IMG/VR virus record: IMGVR_UViG_2531839583_000011
Location: 1 to 24,912 of that record
DNA: 24,912 nucleotides
DNA from: a virus
Lineage: Duplodnaviria; Heunggongvirae; Uroviricota; Caudoviricetes
Strand: one strand, 5' to 3'
Made by a program: the position numbers and the translations under genes. Position 1 is the stretch's first letter, and every line of letters starts with the position of its first letter. This document shows positions 8,986 through 19,817 of this stretch, piece after piece. The notes under the pieces are model-generated. The model had not been told where the DNA came from and ran no database searches. It saw only the letters and a list, made by a program, of their open reading frames with translations.

Positions 8986-9428
8986 TGTAACGCTGCGAGC
9001 GTTACAAGGTGAAAACAAATGGCTTCAAACTGGATAAAGCTCGAAGTTATTACGCCGGATAAGCCGGAAATATTCAGGCTTGCTGAGATTCTGAATATTG
9101 ATCCAGATGCCGCATTAGGGAAAGTCATTCGCTTCTGGGCATGGGCGGATCAACAAATGATAGACGGTAACGCAGAGTGTAACGCTCGCGGCGTTACAAA
9201 AAGTGCAATAGATCGCATCACTTTTATGGCTGGGTTTGCTGATGCGTTAATTCAGGTTGGATGGCTGGTCGAAACTAATGGTGTGTTGTCGCTTCCTAAC
9301 TTTGAGCGCCATAACGGGAAAAGCTCTAAAAAACGGGCGGTTACAAACGAGAGAGTAACAAAAATACGAGAACTGAAACGAAAAGGTAACGCTGCCAGCG
9401 TTACAAAAACGGATCAAAAAGCGTTACC
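8986..9428. repeat. Iteron-like 21-bp palindromes and half-sites (candidate prophage origin / initiator-binding sites)
   Basis: Three full palindromes are present: TGTAACGCTGCGAGCGTTACA (8986-9006), TGTAACGCTCGCGGCGTTACA (9178-9198) and GGTAACGCTGCCAGCGTTACA (9385-9405). Half-sites lie at 9166-9173, 9337-9345, 9355-9360 and 9421-9428. A purine/AT-rich stretch follows (9430-9465). Confidence 0.6.
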
Positions 9429-9807
9429 AGAGGAAGAGAAAGAGGAAGATATAAATACTTATCTCCCCCTAAATCCCCCTCGCCAAAAACGAGCGTCTAA
9501 AAAATTCGAACCGGAGGCTATCGAGCTGCCTGACTGGTTGCCGGAAACACTCTGGCATGAGTGGGTTCAGTTCAGGCAGGCATTGCGAAAACCGATTCGA
9601 ACGGAGCAGGGCGCTAACGGGGCGATACGGGAGCTGGAAAAATTCCGCCAGCAGGGTTTTTCACCTGAGCAGGTGATTCGACACAGCATCGCCAATGAAT
9701 ACCAGGGCTTGTTCGCGCCAAAAGGTGTTCGACCTGAGACGTTACTCCGACAGGTTAACACCGTCTCGTTACCGGATAGTGCGATCCCGCCAGGCTTCAG
9801 GGGGTAA
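9019..9807 (+). CDS. ydaU: Replication initiator-like protein (YdaU/DUF1376-type)
   Basis: The 262-aa ORF follows an AAGGTGA Shine-Dalgarno. It precedes a DnaC-like loader gene and contains the iteron-like repeats within its own coding sequence, as the lambda O gene does. The family assignment rests on recollection and synteny. Confidence 0.7.
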   Translation: MASNWIKLEVITPDKPEIFRLAEILNIDPDAALGKVIRFWAWADQQMIDGNAECNARGVTKSAIDRITFMAGFADALIQVGWLVETNGVLSLPNFERHNGKSSKKRAVTNERVTKIRELKRKGNAASVTKTDQKALPEEEKEEDINTYLPLNPPRQKRASKKFEPEAIELPDWLPETLWHEWVQFRQALRKPIRTEQGANGAIRELEKFRQQGFSPEQVIRHSIANEYQGLFAPKGVRPETLLRQVNTVSLPDSAIPPGFRG

Positions 9808-9813
9808 CTGACC

Positions 9814-10560
9814 ATGAAAAATATTGCGGCAGGCGGCATTCTTGAACGTATCCGCAGACTGGCCCCGCCACATGTAACCGCCCCATTCAAAACGGTAGCG
9901 GAGTGGCGCGAGTGGCAACTTTCCGAAGGCCAGAAACGTTGTGAGGAGATCAACCGTCAGAATCGTCAGTTGCGGGTGGAAAAAATTCTGAATCGCTCTG
10001 GCATCCAGCCATTGCACCGCAAATGCTCGTTTGCGAATTACCAGGTGCAGAACGACGGTCAGCGATACGCGTTGAACCAGGCGAAATCTATCGCTGATGA
10101 ACTGATGACCGGGTGTACAAATTTTGCGTTCAGCGGAAAACCTGGTACCGGAAAAAACCATCTGGCGGCGGCTATCGGGAATCGCCTGCTGAAAGATGGC
10201 CAGACAGTGATTGTGGTTACCGTGGCTGATGTCATGAGTGCTCTACACGCCAGCTATGACGACGGGCAATCAGGCGAAAAATTTTTGCGGGAACTGTGCC
10301 AAGTGGATCTGCTGGTTCTTGATGAAATTGGCATTCAGCGCGAGACAAAAAACGAGCAGGTGGTGCTGCACCAGATTGTTGATCGCCGGACAGCGTCGAT
10401 GCGCAGCGTGGGGATGCTGACAAACCTGAACTATGAGGCGATGAAAACATTGCTCGGCGAGCGGATTATGGATCGCATGACCATGAACGGCGGACGCTGG
10501 GTGAATTTTAACTGGGAGAGCTGGCGTCCGAATGTCGTCCTGCCAGGAATTGCGAAGTGA
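9814..10560 (+). CDS. ydaV: DnaC-like helicase loader (AAA+ ATPase)
   Basis: A Walker A motif ([15 protein letters not shown]) and a Walker B motif (LLVLDEIG) are present. The 248-aa size is typical of IstB/DnaC-family proteins. It occupies the Rac YdaV position. Confidence 0.88.
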   Translation: MKNIAAGGILERIRRLAPPHVTAPFKTVAEWREWQLSEGQKRCEEINRQNRQLRVEKILNRSGIQPLHRKCSFANYQVQNDGQRYALNQAKSIADELMTGCTNFAFSGKPGTGKNHLAAAIGNRLLKDGQTVIVVTVADVMSALHASYDDGQSGEKFLRELCQVDLLVLDEIGIQRETKNEQVVLHQIVDRRTASMRSVGMLTNLNYEAMKTLLGERIMDRMTMNGGRWVNFNWESWRPNVVLPGIAK

Positions 10561-10582
10561 TTTTTACCGGGAGGAAATTTTA

Positions 10583-11344
10583 ATGGAGACTGTTTTTGAC
10601 GCACTGAAAGCAATGGGAAAAGCCACGTCGGTAGAACTGGCTGCGCGACTTGATATCAGTCGTGAAGAGGTACTGAACGAGCTGTGGGAACTGAAAAAGG
10701 CTGGTTTCGTTGATAAAAGCGTATACATCTGGCGTGTGGCTGATAACAACGTTCAGCAGGAACAGCCAGAGCAGGCAGAACTGCCGGAAGAAACCACCAC
10801 GGCAACAGTCGCAAAAATTTCGGAGTGCGATTTAACTGCGACGATTGAACAACGTGGCCCACAAACGGCGGATGAACTGGCTACGTTTTTCGGCATCACA
10901 TCACGCAAAGTGGCTTCAACGCTGGCAATGGCAATCAGTAAAGGTCGTCTGATTCGCGTTAATCAGAACGGTAAATTTCGTTACTGCATGCCGGGCGATA
11001 ATTTACCAGCAGAGCCGAAAGCTGCATCGGTAGCGGAAACTGATGGTAAAGCCTTTCCTCAGCCAGCCGGTGTTGCGTTACCAGCACAGGAAGCGGCAAC
11101 ACAGGAAGAAATTAAAACAGATACTATGGGGGACATTGTGCAGTCACTACCATCGTTCACTGAAACGCGAGCCAATGACCTGATTTTACCATCGCTGCAT
11201 ATGGCAAACCGCGAACTGCGCCGGGCGAAAAGTCATGTCCAGAAGTGGGAGCGAGTCTGCGCCGCGCTGCGTGAGTTGAACAAGCACAGGGATATTGTAC
11301 GACAGATTACTGATTCTTCCCGCCATGTTGCATCGGAAAAGTGA
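10583..11344 (+). CDS. ydaW: YdaW-like phage protein (N-terminal winged-helix-like region), apparently intact here
   Basis: Met at 10583 is preceded by GGGAGG. The product starts [43 protein letters not shown]. In K-12 this gene is a truncated pseudogene, as I recall. Confidence 0.65.
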   Translation: METVFDALKAMGKATSVELAARLDISREEVLNELWELKKAGFVDKSVYIWRVADNNVQQEQPEQAELPEETTTATVAKISECDLTATIEQRGPQTADELATFFGITSRKVASTLAMAISKGRLIRVNQNGKFRYCMPGDNLPAEPKAASVAETDGKAFPQPAGVALPAQEAATQEEIKTDTMGDIVQSLPSFTETRANDLILPSLHMANRELRRAKSHVQKWERVCAALRELNKHRDIVRQITDSSRHVASEK

Positions 11345-11359
11345 TTGCCGGAGGCACCT

Positions 11360-11782
11360 ATGGCAAAAGTATTTACACCAGAAGAGCGGGAAAAAATTAA
11401 AGGGCAGGTTCTTGAACTCGTACGCCAGAGTGGGCGCGAGACGTTACGACAACTGGAAGCTAAAACTGGGGCAACAAGATATCTGATGAGCGTTCTGGCC
11501 AGAGAGCTGGTTGCCAGTGGCGATGTATACAATTCTGGCTACGGGTTATTCCCGTCTGAACAGGCTCGTAAAGACTGGCAAAATGCCCGCAAAAAATTAT
11601 CGAGGGCAAAGCTGAAGAAACCGGTTGTGGTTGATCCGGACCTTATCTGGTCGTTACCTGACGGAGAAATACGTCGCTACGACAGTCGCCTAAACATAAT
11701 CTGTCGCGAGTGCCGGAAGAGCGAAGTTATGCAGCGCATATTGTCGTTTTATCAGGGGGATGTTCGGTATTTATTGAAGTGA
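11360..11782 (+). CDS. Hypothetical phage protein, 140 aa
   Basis: ATG at 11360 is preceded by GGAGG. The product starts MAKVFTPEEREKIKGQVLELVRQSGRETLRQLEAKTG, which looks winged-helix-like. I recognise no family. Confidence 0.6.
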   Translation: MAKVFTPEEREKIKGQVLELVRQSGRETLRQLEAKTGATRYLMSVLARELVASGDVYNSGYGLFPSEQARKDWQNARKKLSRAKLKKPVVVDPDLIWSLPDGEIRRYDSRLNIICRECRKSEVMQRILSFYQGDVRYLLK

Positions 11783-12010
11783 CGAGATTAAAGTGCATTA
11801 GTTCAGATGCAAATTGACATTTTGTGGCACAGGGTAGAGCTAGCGTGGTTGTCCACTTTGTGCCAAAAGCGGACCTTTACGTATAGGAATATCGCGAATT
11901 AGTCGCACATGAAATGTCATTCCCGGAGACATTATTTATTCAGACTTGTAAGGGTATGATTCATACAAACAGCGAATGCCTTCGATAATTTTATCTCGCT
12001 CGCCAGGAGA

Positions 12011-12544
12011 TCATTTGTAAAAATCAAAAAATTCTTGGCAGTAGATACCAGATAACGCCAAATATACCAGGACGGCAACGTCTGGTTTTGGTCCTCTTTT
12101 TATCTCATCCAAATCTTTGTTTGTGCAGGAACGCATGGTGTCCCTGATATTCGTATCGTTAGTTAACGATTCGCTGACCGCCAGCACTACTGCTCTCTCA
12201 GTATGACTGAGAGCATTACTGGCTGAAATAATTCGCCCATAGAGTGCGGGATGTGGGGTATTATTACTTTCCGCTATCGCTTGCTGAACACGTTCCTCCT
12301 CTACTGGCATAAGGCGACTGATGAGATCGCTGAGCAAATCTTGCTTTGACTTATGATCGTACATTACCGTTGCCTTACTGACGCCAGCCTCTTTTGCAAC
12401 GTCATCGATTGAAAGTCCAACTGCACCTTCCCGAAGAACAACCCTTTCGCGTTTCATCGTTTCACCGGGTGAGGTCGTGCCAGCGCCGTCGCATCCAACA
12501 TCATGCGGGCAGCAGCAGATCCCATGGATGCGAATAAAAACCAT
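12011..12544 (-). CDS. TetR-family transcriptional regulator, divergent from the deaminase operon
   Basis: The HTH is typical of TetR (LSIDDVAKEAGVSKATVMYDHKSKQDLL). The start is ambiguous: 12544 adds a Cys-rich 29-aa extension (GICCCPHDVGCDG), while Met at 12457 gives 148 aa. Confidence 0.8.
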   Translation of the reverse strand: MVFIRIHGICCCPHDVGCDGAGTTSPGETMKRERVVLREGAVGLSIDDVAKEAGVSKATVMYDHKSKQDLLSDLISRLMPVEEERVQQAIAESNNTPHPALYGRIISASNALSHTERAVVLAVSESLTNDTNIRDTMRSCTNKDLDEIKRGPKPDVAVLVYLALSGIYCQEFFDFYK

Positions 12545-12758
12545 TATAACCTATTGATTATTATTTTTAAATTTTAATCCAGTGCTAGATTTCTGCTTAT
12601 CCCTAGGAACTAAATCATGGAGGTCGAGATTGCCTCCAGATCCTTTTGAGTAAGTGTGCATTTTGTACATGAGGGTTTAGTCAACAAGGTCTTTATTTTG
12701 GATTAATCCTATGGTAAAAAAGAGAAAATTAAGAGTTTGGATATATAAGGTAATTAAA
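12545..12758. promoter_or_regulatory. Divergent intergenic control region between the TetR gene and the deaminase operon
   Basis: It contains a near-palindrome TGTGCA-TTT-TGTACA (12655-12669), a perfect 10-bp palindrome GGATTAATCC (12700-12709), and the hairpin TGGAGG-N9-CCTCCA (12618-12638) followed by TTTT. I could not assign promoter hexamers confidently. Confidence 0.35.
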
Positions 12759-15084
<2,326 letters not shown>

Positions 15085-15183
15085 ATAGGATTGTGTAATT
15101 TTACACCCAAATGGACATTTGTAGATTTAGATTTTGTAACTTGAAAATTAAATCATAGCATGGAACTACATAGAAATTATCTT

Positions 15184-15210
15184 AAGTAACTCCGCGAAGC
15201 GGAGCTACTT
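15184..15210 (+). terminator. Strong hairpin about 100 bp after the SIR2 gene (possible operon end or RNA-stabilising element)
   Basis: AAGTAACTCCGC-GAA-GCGGAGCTACTT forms a 12-bp stem with one mismatch. No U-tract follows. A weaker hairpin with a T6 run lies at about 15284-15305. Confidence 0.35.
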
Positions 15211-15331
15211 ACTTCGACGTGGTCAATGTGTGGGCATGACCAGAAATAAATCCTTTTATTTCATTATGTGGAAGCGGTTTCAAAATCTCCATCGGGAGCT
15301 TTTTTGTTAGCATTGATATCTATTAACCAGA

Positions 15332-15628
15332 ATGTTCCTGTCCGCTTTTCGCTCAAAGCGGACTAGAAGGTTAGCTTGCGTCGGACTTGGCGTATTTAAA
15401 GAAGTGCTGGTGGTGACTGGTTGTTGTGTTCCATTTCTACAGAATAAAATCACAGAAACTATACCCAATAGTTGTATTGAATCACTGACGAGACAGCCTC
15501 ATATTTATCAGGACTGGTGTGCGTCTAATACAGGGGGTTGTCGTGCTGGTTCTCAAATGTGCGCTGGCTATTGCGGCTGTAATGGCAATTTATTGTCTTG
15601 CTGTTGTTCTTATGGAGCGGCTTTCTGA
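15332..15628 (+). CDS. Questionable cysteine-rich small ORF
   Basis: The 98-aa ORF has a C-terminus reading CASNTGGCRAGSQMCAGYCGCNGNLLSCCCSYGAAF. It has no convincing Shine-Dalgarno. Its 5' end contains a 9-bp-stem hairpin (15340-15363), and I recognise no homologue. Confidence 0.2.
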   Translation: MFLSAFRSKRTRRLACVGLGVFKEVLVVTGCCVPFLQNKITETIPNSCIESLTRQPHIYQDWCASNTGGCRAGSQMCAGYCGCNGNLLSCCCSYGAAF

Positions 15629-15778
15629 TTGATTACATACTGGCTAGAAAAAAGGTGTTACCTTGGTTTATCTTTGTCCGGCAAGGTGCGCTCATTAATC
15701 TTAAGTAAATTTATTGCTCAAGTATTCAGATTACTTCTTATGGTTGAAGTCTCCTGTCAATGTAGAACCAATATATTT

Positions 15779-15817
15779 ACAAAAATGAGACCCGTCGGGG
15801 ATAGCCCTGCCGGGTCT
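15779..15817 (-). terminator. Rho-independent terminator of the DUF1971 gene
   Basis: On the - strand AGACCCG pairs with CGGGTCT around a structured loop and is followed by CATTTTTGT. It lies 30 bp downstream of the stop at 15847. Confidence 0.6.
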
Positions 15818-15846
15818 GACTGTTAAAGCATTTTTAATATGATCAT

Positions 15847-16185
15847 CTATTTTTTGGTGCTATAGACTTTTTCGCCCGAGAAGTCTGGAGCGACCCAAAA
15901 GTTAATATTAAACTGAGCATCATCGCTTAGTTCAACACGGTGCCAGTATTGTGGTGGGCTTGTTGCAAAAGCGCCAGCATTAATGACTACTTTTATCTCC
16001 GGTTCAGTAGCATTCTCATCAGTAAAACCATAATATGTTACAGTGCCTTCCATTACGCACAACTGCCCAAAAACACCTGCTGCTGTATTATGATGTGTTA
16101 ATAACGCTGAAGGTACGTTCTCTTTTGTGAAGAACGGAGTTGAGCGTTTGATTACCCAATCTTTAGGAATTCTCTTGTGTGTCAT
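15847..16185 (-). CDS. YeaR-like DUF1971 protein (TehB N-terminal-like domain)
   Basis: Met at 16185 is preceded by GAGGAGGTGG. The product resembles E. coli YeaR as I recall it (RSTPFFTKENVPSALL ... YYGF ... FATSPPQYWHRVE ... FNINFWVAPD). Confidence 0.75.
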   Translation of the reverse strand: MTHKRIPKDWVIKRSTPFFTKENVPSALLTHHNTAAGVFGQLCVMEGTVTYYGFTDENATEPEIKVVINAGAFATSPPQYWHRVELSDDAQFNINFWVAPDFSGEKVYSTKK

Positions 16186-16503
16186 AACCACCTCCTCAAA
16201 AACATGCATTATAAATGCGTGTTTTTGAGGGTTATGTCAAGCTGTTATGAAACACATAATTGATATGTTGATTAGAGGAGAAGATATAATAAATATGGTT
16301 GTTTTTCGTATAACTATTTGTTTTACTTTTAGTTTATGCATTCTGCGTGTTAGGAATAAGTTATTAAAGTTTAATCAAAAAATCTCGATGTAGTCCACAT
16401 AGATTATTGTTACTGAACCTTATTGTGTGTATTAGTTGTGTTCTGAAATTTCAGCTTAATTATTTATGATGTATTTTTTAACGATAAATATTTTCCCAGG
16501 ATA

Positions 16504-16552
16504 CCTTTACTGTGTATATAAATAAATTATATACACATAAATAATGTAAAGG
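16504..16552. repeat. Composite nested palindrome inside an ORF-free AT-rich tract
   Basis: The element reads CCTTTAC-TGTGTATATAA-ATAAA-TTATATACACA-TAAATAAT-GTAAAGG. The inner arms are 11 bp and perfect. The outer arms are 7 bp and perfect, with an 8-nt asymmetric bulge. Confidence 0.6.
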
Positions 16553-16998
16553 CGTCCTTTTAGATATATCTTATCAAATGTTAATGACTTGAGTGGGAAA
16601 TATGATTCCAGCAACTTATCATGTGGCTACTTTATAAAAATAATGCCCATATAAAACAACAAGCGAAAAGGATTACGGATAAAAAAGGAGCGAGATGTGC
16701 GAACTTGTTATTTTCCATGTTTAACCACCTTAAATAATTGATGATGACGGGATGATTGCATCTGTAATGCTTTTATTGAAATGTTATGATAAAAAAGAAC
16801 TTTTGCATAACATTAAAATGTAATTTATCTAATCGTTTTTAATAATAAATGTCGTATTTCTATCCTTGTACCAGCTATTTGATATGTAGTGTTTGTTCAT
16901 GCTATGTGGGGCTTTACACCATAGCCAGTTTATTTATACTTTATTCGTCAGCCTGAACAACTGGCATCTGCTGCGCTGCGCCATCGAGAGATTGAGAA

Positions 16999-17598
16999 AT
17001 GGCGCATATACAACTGGTCAAACAAACCTCTTCTGGTTTACTTCTCCCGGCGACGCCGGAGAGTTGCGATTTTCTGCATCAAATCAAAATAGGTGAGTGG
17101 ATACACGCAGACTTTAAGCGTGTGCGTAACTACGCATTCCACAAGCGTTTTTTCAAACTCCTGCAACTGGGATTCGATTACTGGACTCCGGTCGGTGGGG
17201 CGATCACACCTCGCGAACGAGAACTGCTGTCTGGTTTCGTGGATTACTTGTGCGAATCAGTTGGTCGGGAACACACACCAGCCCTGAGTGATGCCGCAGA
17301 GCAATATCTAAATACAGTTGCGACACGCAGAACTCGGGATACGGCATTGCTAAAGTCGTTTGAGGCTTTCCGCGAGTGGGTAACCATTCAGGCCGGATTT
17401 TACACCGAGCATATTTATCCGGACGGTAGCCGTGGACGCAGGGCGAAATCCATCGCGTTTGCGAATATGGACGAAACCGAGTTTCAGCAGGTTTATAAAT
17501 CTGTTCTGAATGTGCTGTGGAACTGGATTCTGTTCCGTAAATTCTCCTCTCAGGAGGAAGTTGAAAATGTGGCCGCACAACTACTGGAGTTTGCGTAA
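16999..17598 (+). CDS. Nin-region phage protein (DUF1367-like)
   Basis: This 199-aa ORF is the first gene after the AT-rich tract. It is translationally coupled (TAATG) to the next gene. The family assignment is from recollection only. Confidence 0.7.
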   Translation: MAHIQLVKQTSSGLLLPATPESCDFLHQIKIGEWIHADFKRVRNYAFHKRFFKLLQLGFDYWTPVGGAITPRERELLSGFVDYLCESVGREHTPALSDAAEQYLNTVATRRTRDTALLKSFEAFREWVTIQAGFYTEHIYPDGSRGRRAKSIAFANMDETEFQQVYKSVLNVLWNWILFRKFSSQEEVENVAAQLLEFA

Positions 17599-17888
17599 TG
17601 GTGAATTTACGTAAAGCGGCTAAAGGCCAGATGTGCCAGATCAGAATCCCTGGCTACTGCAATCACAATCCCGAAACCTCTGTGCTGGCGCATTACAGGC
17701 TGGCGGGGACGTGCGGAACAGCGACAAAACCACACGATATGCAGGCAGCGATTGCCTGTAGCTCATGCCACGATTTAATCGACGGGCGGGTAAAAACCAG
17801 CGATTACACCAAAGAAGAATTACGCCTGATGCATGCAGAAGGTGTTTTTCGCACACAAGAAATCTGGAGAAAGGAAGGTTATTTATGA
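17598..17888 (+). CDS. YbcO-like (DUF1364) putative zinc-binding nuclease of the nin region
   Basis: The product starts MVNLRKAAKGQMCQIRIPGYCNHNPETSVLAHYRL and continues ...ACSSCHDLIDGR. It closely parallels DLP12 YbcO as I recall it, including the Cys motifs. Confidence 0.75.
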   Translation: MVNLRKAAKGQMCQIRIPGYCNHNPETSVLAHYRLAGTCGTATKPHDMQAAIACSSCHDLIDGRVKTSDYTKEELRLMHAEGVFRTQEIWRKEGYL

Positions 17889-18427
17889 TTTACCCAACAA
17901 ATACAGGCAAAAGCGGGGAACACCTTCGTCTCACCACGCTGGAAAGTGTCTGGATTCAGGGAAAACTGCGCATGTGGGGGCGCTGGTCGTATATTGGCGG
18001 CGGTAAGACGGGAAATATGTTTAACCAGTTGCTGGCATCCAAAAAATTGACGAAAACAGCCGTCAATGAAGCCCTGCGCAGGATGAAAAAAGCGGGAATA
18101 GAGAAACCTGAGCTGGAAGCGTTTTTGCGAGAGATGATCAATGGCAAGCAAAAGACCTGGCTGGCGCATTGTACTGATGCAGAGGCGTTATGTATTGATA
18201 GAGTCATAAGTGAGGTGCTGGCAAAACACCCAGGATTGATTTGTATCCTCCGGCAACGATATGAAGGGAGGGGGATGACTAAGCGTAAAATGGCTGAATT
18301 GCTGAATGATGCACATCCTGAGTGGTGTTTTAGCACATGCGAAAAGCGAATTGCTAATTGGTTAGCCGTTGCTGAATATGCCCTGTATATTCCCATGCGA
18401 GAATCATTTGCTCAAAAAATAGCTTGA
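17885..18427 (+). CDS. Putative late-gene antiterminator (Q-like, DUF1133-type), 180 aa
   Basis: ATG at 17885 follows AAGGAAGG and overlaps the upstream stop as ATGA. It is the last gene before a terminator, the tRNA array and the lysis cassette, which is the canonical Q position. The function is inferred mainly from position. Confidence 0.55.
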   Translation: MIYPTNTGKSGEHLRLTTLESVWIQGKLRMWGRWSYIGGGKTGNMFNQLLASKKLTKTAVNEALRRMKKAGIEKPELEAFLREMINGKQKTWLAHCTDAEALCIDRVISEVLAKHPGLICILRQRYEGRGMTKRKMAELLNDAHPEWCFSTCEKRIANWLAVAEYALYIPMRESFAQKIA

Positions 18428-18510
18428 TTTTTTACGCATAAATTGCTTCAATTCCGGTATGCTTCGCAAAGCTGTATCGCGAGGCGAACCAAGCGCATGA
18501 ACTTTACCAG

Positions 18511-18539
18511 AACCCGCCATTGAGCGGGTTTTGTTGTTT
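18511..18539 (+). terminator. Rho-independent terminator just downstream of the Q-like gene
   Basis: AACCCGC-CATTGA-GCGGGTT is followed by TTGTTGTTT. Confidence 0.6.
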
Positions 18540-18608
18540 CTGGGGGGGCATTTCGTTAAATGAAGCTGTGTTGTGCGCAATTAGCTAATAACACGAATCG
18601 TGAATGTA

Positions 18609-18614
18609 TATAAT
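18609..18614 (+). promoter_or_regulatory. Consensus -10 hexamer (TATAAT) upstream of the tRNA array; candidate late or tRNA promoter
   Basis: A perfect TATAAT is present, but I found no good -35 at 17 +/- 1 bp. The predicted transcription start, near 18621, coincides with the start of a structured leader. Confidence 0.3.
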
Positions 18615-18682
18615 GCGCTTGTTCCTTCGATGGTGTATTCGAATAACGGATTACTGAATACAGCTATCCCATTAAGGGAACA

Positions 18683-18756
18683 CCGCCATCTGCTCATCGG
18701 GAAGAGCCGACCATCATTTAAGTGGTAGGTGTGAGATTCGATACCTCGGTGGCGGT
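18683..18756 (+). pseudogene. Degenerate tRNA-like element
   Basis: A cloverleaf can be drawn: acceptor CCGCCAT/GTGGCGG, D arm GCTC/GAGC with a GG-containing loop, anticodon stem ACCAT/GTGGT, and T loop TTCGATA. However, the anticodon loop CATTTAA lacks U33, one extra nucleotide precedes the anticodon stem, the T stem has a mismatch, and there is no CCA. Confidence 0.3.
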
Positions 18757-18761
18757 TCTGT

Positions 18762-18837
<76 letters not shown>

Positions 18838-18840
18838 TAT

Positions 18841-18915
<75 letters not shown>

Positions 18916-19190
18916 GCATTTGAAATAAGCCTTATTGTATTGCAGCACTGGCGTATTTTTATTACGTGGGAGCAGGTTGTTTCGAAAAAGCATTCTGTTC
19001 TCTGGCTATGATTTGAGGCCAGGTGTAGCCTCAGTGCTGATTTTTTTACGGCAGCAGAATGGTGCATTATCGGTGGAGATTTTGTATTTCCTGGCAGGGC
19101 CGGTGATGTGCCATCCCGATGTTGTAAACATCGCTAAAAATGACATTGAGATTAATCATATACTAAGCAAAACCTGGAAATACATCCTTT

Positions 19191-19218
19191 ACCGCCTCCA
19201 CCGGGCGGTTTTTTTTAT
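19191..19218 (+). terminator. Strong rho-independent terminator in the late-operon leader
   Basis: ACCGCC-TCCACCG-GGCGGT is followed by a T8 run. Confidence 0.75.
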
Positions 19219-19601
19219 TCTGAACCCTAAAAAAAGAAACACGGACACTGATAATGCCCGTGTGGCAATGCCATGTAAGTTAGCGATGAATATGGCGCAA
19301 AAAAAGCGCGGCCGTCGGATTAACGCCGCGGGACAAAGTCCATGAAGAATCATAAGTATTGGCCTCCTTCTGGGGACATGTTCATACTACTAAGCTTCAG
19401 AAGTGGTTTAAATCATCAAATTAACCTTAATTTTCGATAAGTCTTATTTCATTTCTTTGCGCCACATCTGGCGCGCATCAAATAACGCCACGCAAAGGGC
19501 ATCTGCGGATGCCGGTGCTTTTGACGGGGTGTTTTTTACGGGCCGCTGGTGGCCATTTTTTGTTTCCATTACACAGCGCCCGCATCTGCGAGGTGGGGGT
19601 T

Positions 19602-19817
19602 ATGAAATCCATGGATAAGTTAACAACGGGTGTCGCCTATGGCACCTCCGCAGGCAGTGCTGGCTACTGGTTTTTACAGTTGCTCGATAGAGTAACTCCG
19701 TCACAGTGGGCTGCAATCGGTGTGCTGGGTAGTCTGGTTTTTGGCCTGCTGACGTACCTGACAAACCTTTATTTCAAGATTAAAGAAGATAAGCGCAAGG
19801 CTGCGAGAGGTGAATAA
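19602..19817 (+). CDS. Phage-21-type class II holin (pinholin S21-like) with a dual-start motif
   Basis: The product starts [58 protein letters not shown]. It has two transmembrane segments and a Met1/Met4 dual start, and is near-identical in pattern to S21 as I recall it. Confidence 0.9.
   Translation: MKSMDKLTTGVAYGTSAGSAGYWFLQLLDRVTPSQWAAIGVLGSLVFGLLTYLTNLYFKIKEDKRKAARGE

Noticed and set aside
9567-10161. - strand ORFs of 128 aa and 130 aa opposite ydaU and ydaV.
   Set aside because: They are antisense to two well-supported replication genes and have shadow-frame composition.
15629-15826. A 65-aa + strand ORF after the Cys-rich ORF.
   Set aside because: It starts at a TTG codon without a Shine-Dalgarno. 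Its 3' end is the terminator hairpin of the convergent DUF1971 gene.
17093-18396. Several overlapping alternative-frame and antisense ORFs (17093-17287, 17204-17578, 17350-17580, 17641-17856, 17879-18169 and 17956-18396).
   Set aside because: They are nested in or opposite the translationally coupled DUF1367, YbcO-like and Q-like genes. They have no independent support.
18621-18681. A possible additional tRNA, suggested by the acceptor-like pairing GTTCCTT/AGGGAAC.
   Set aside because: It is only 61 nt long and has no T-loop or D-loop signatures. I interpret it instead as a structured 5' leader.
19157-19169. CATATACTAAGC resembles part of the lambda att core (TTTATACTAA). A related ACTACTAAGC occurs near 19386.
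   Set aside because: The match is short and partial in AT-rich DNA. It is far from the integrase end of the prophage, so there is no reason to expect an att site here.
18935-19345. A 136-aa + strand ORF, plus the 66-aa - strand ORF at 18867-19067, between the tRNAs and the holin.
   Set aside because: The + ORF runs through a strong rho-independent terminator (19191-19218). The - ORF overlaps the tRNA-Gly gene. Neither has a Shine-Dalgarno or a recognisable family.
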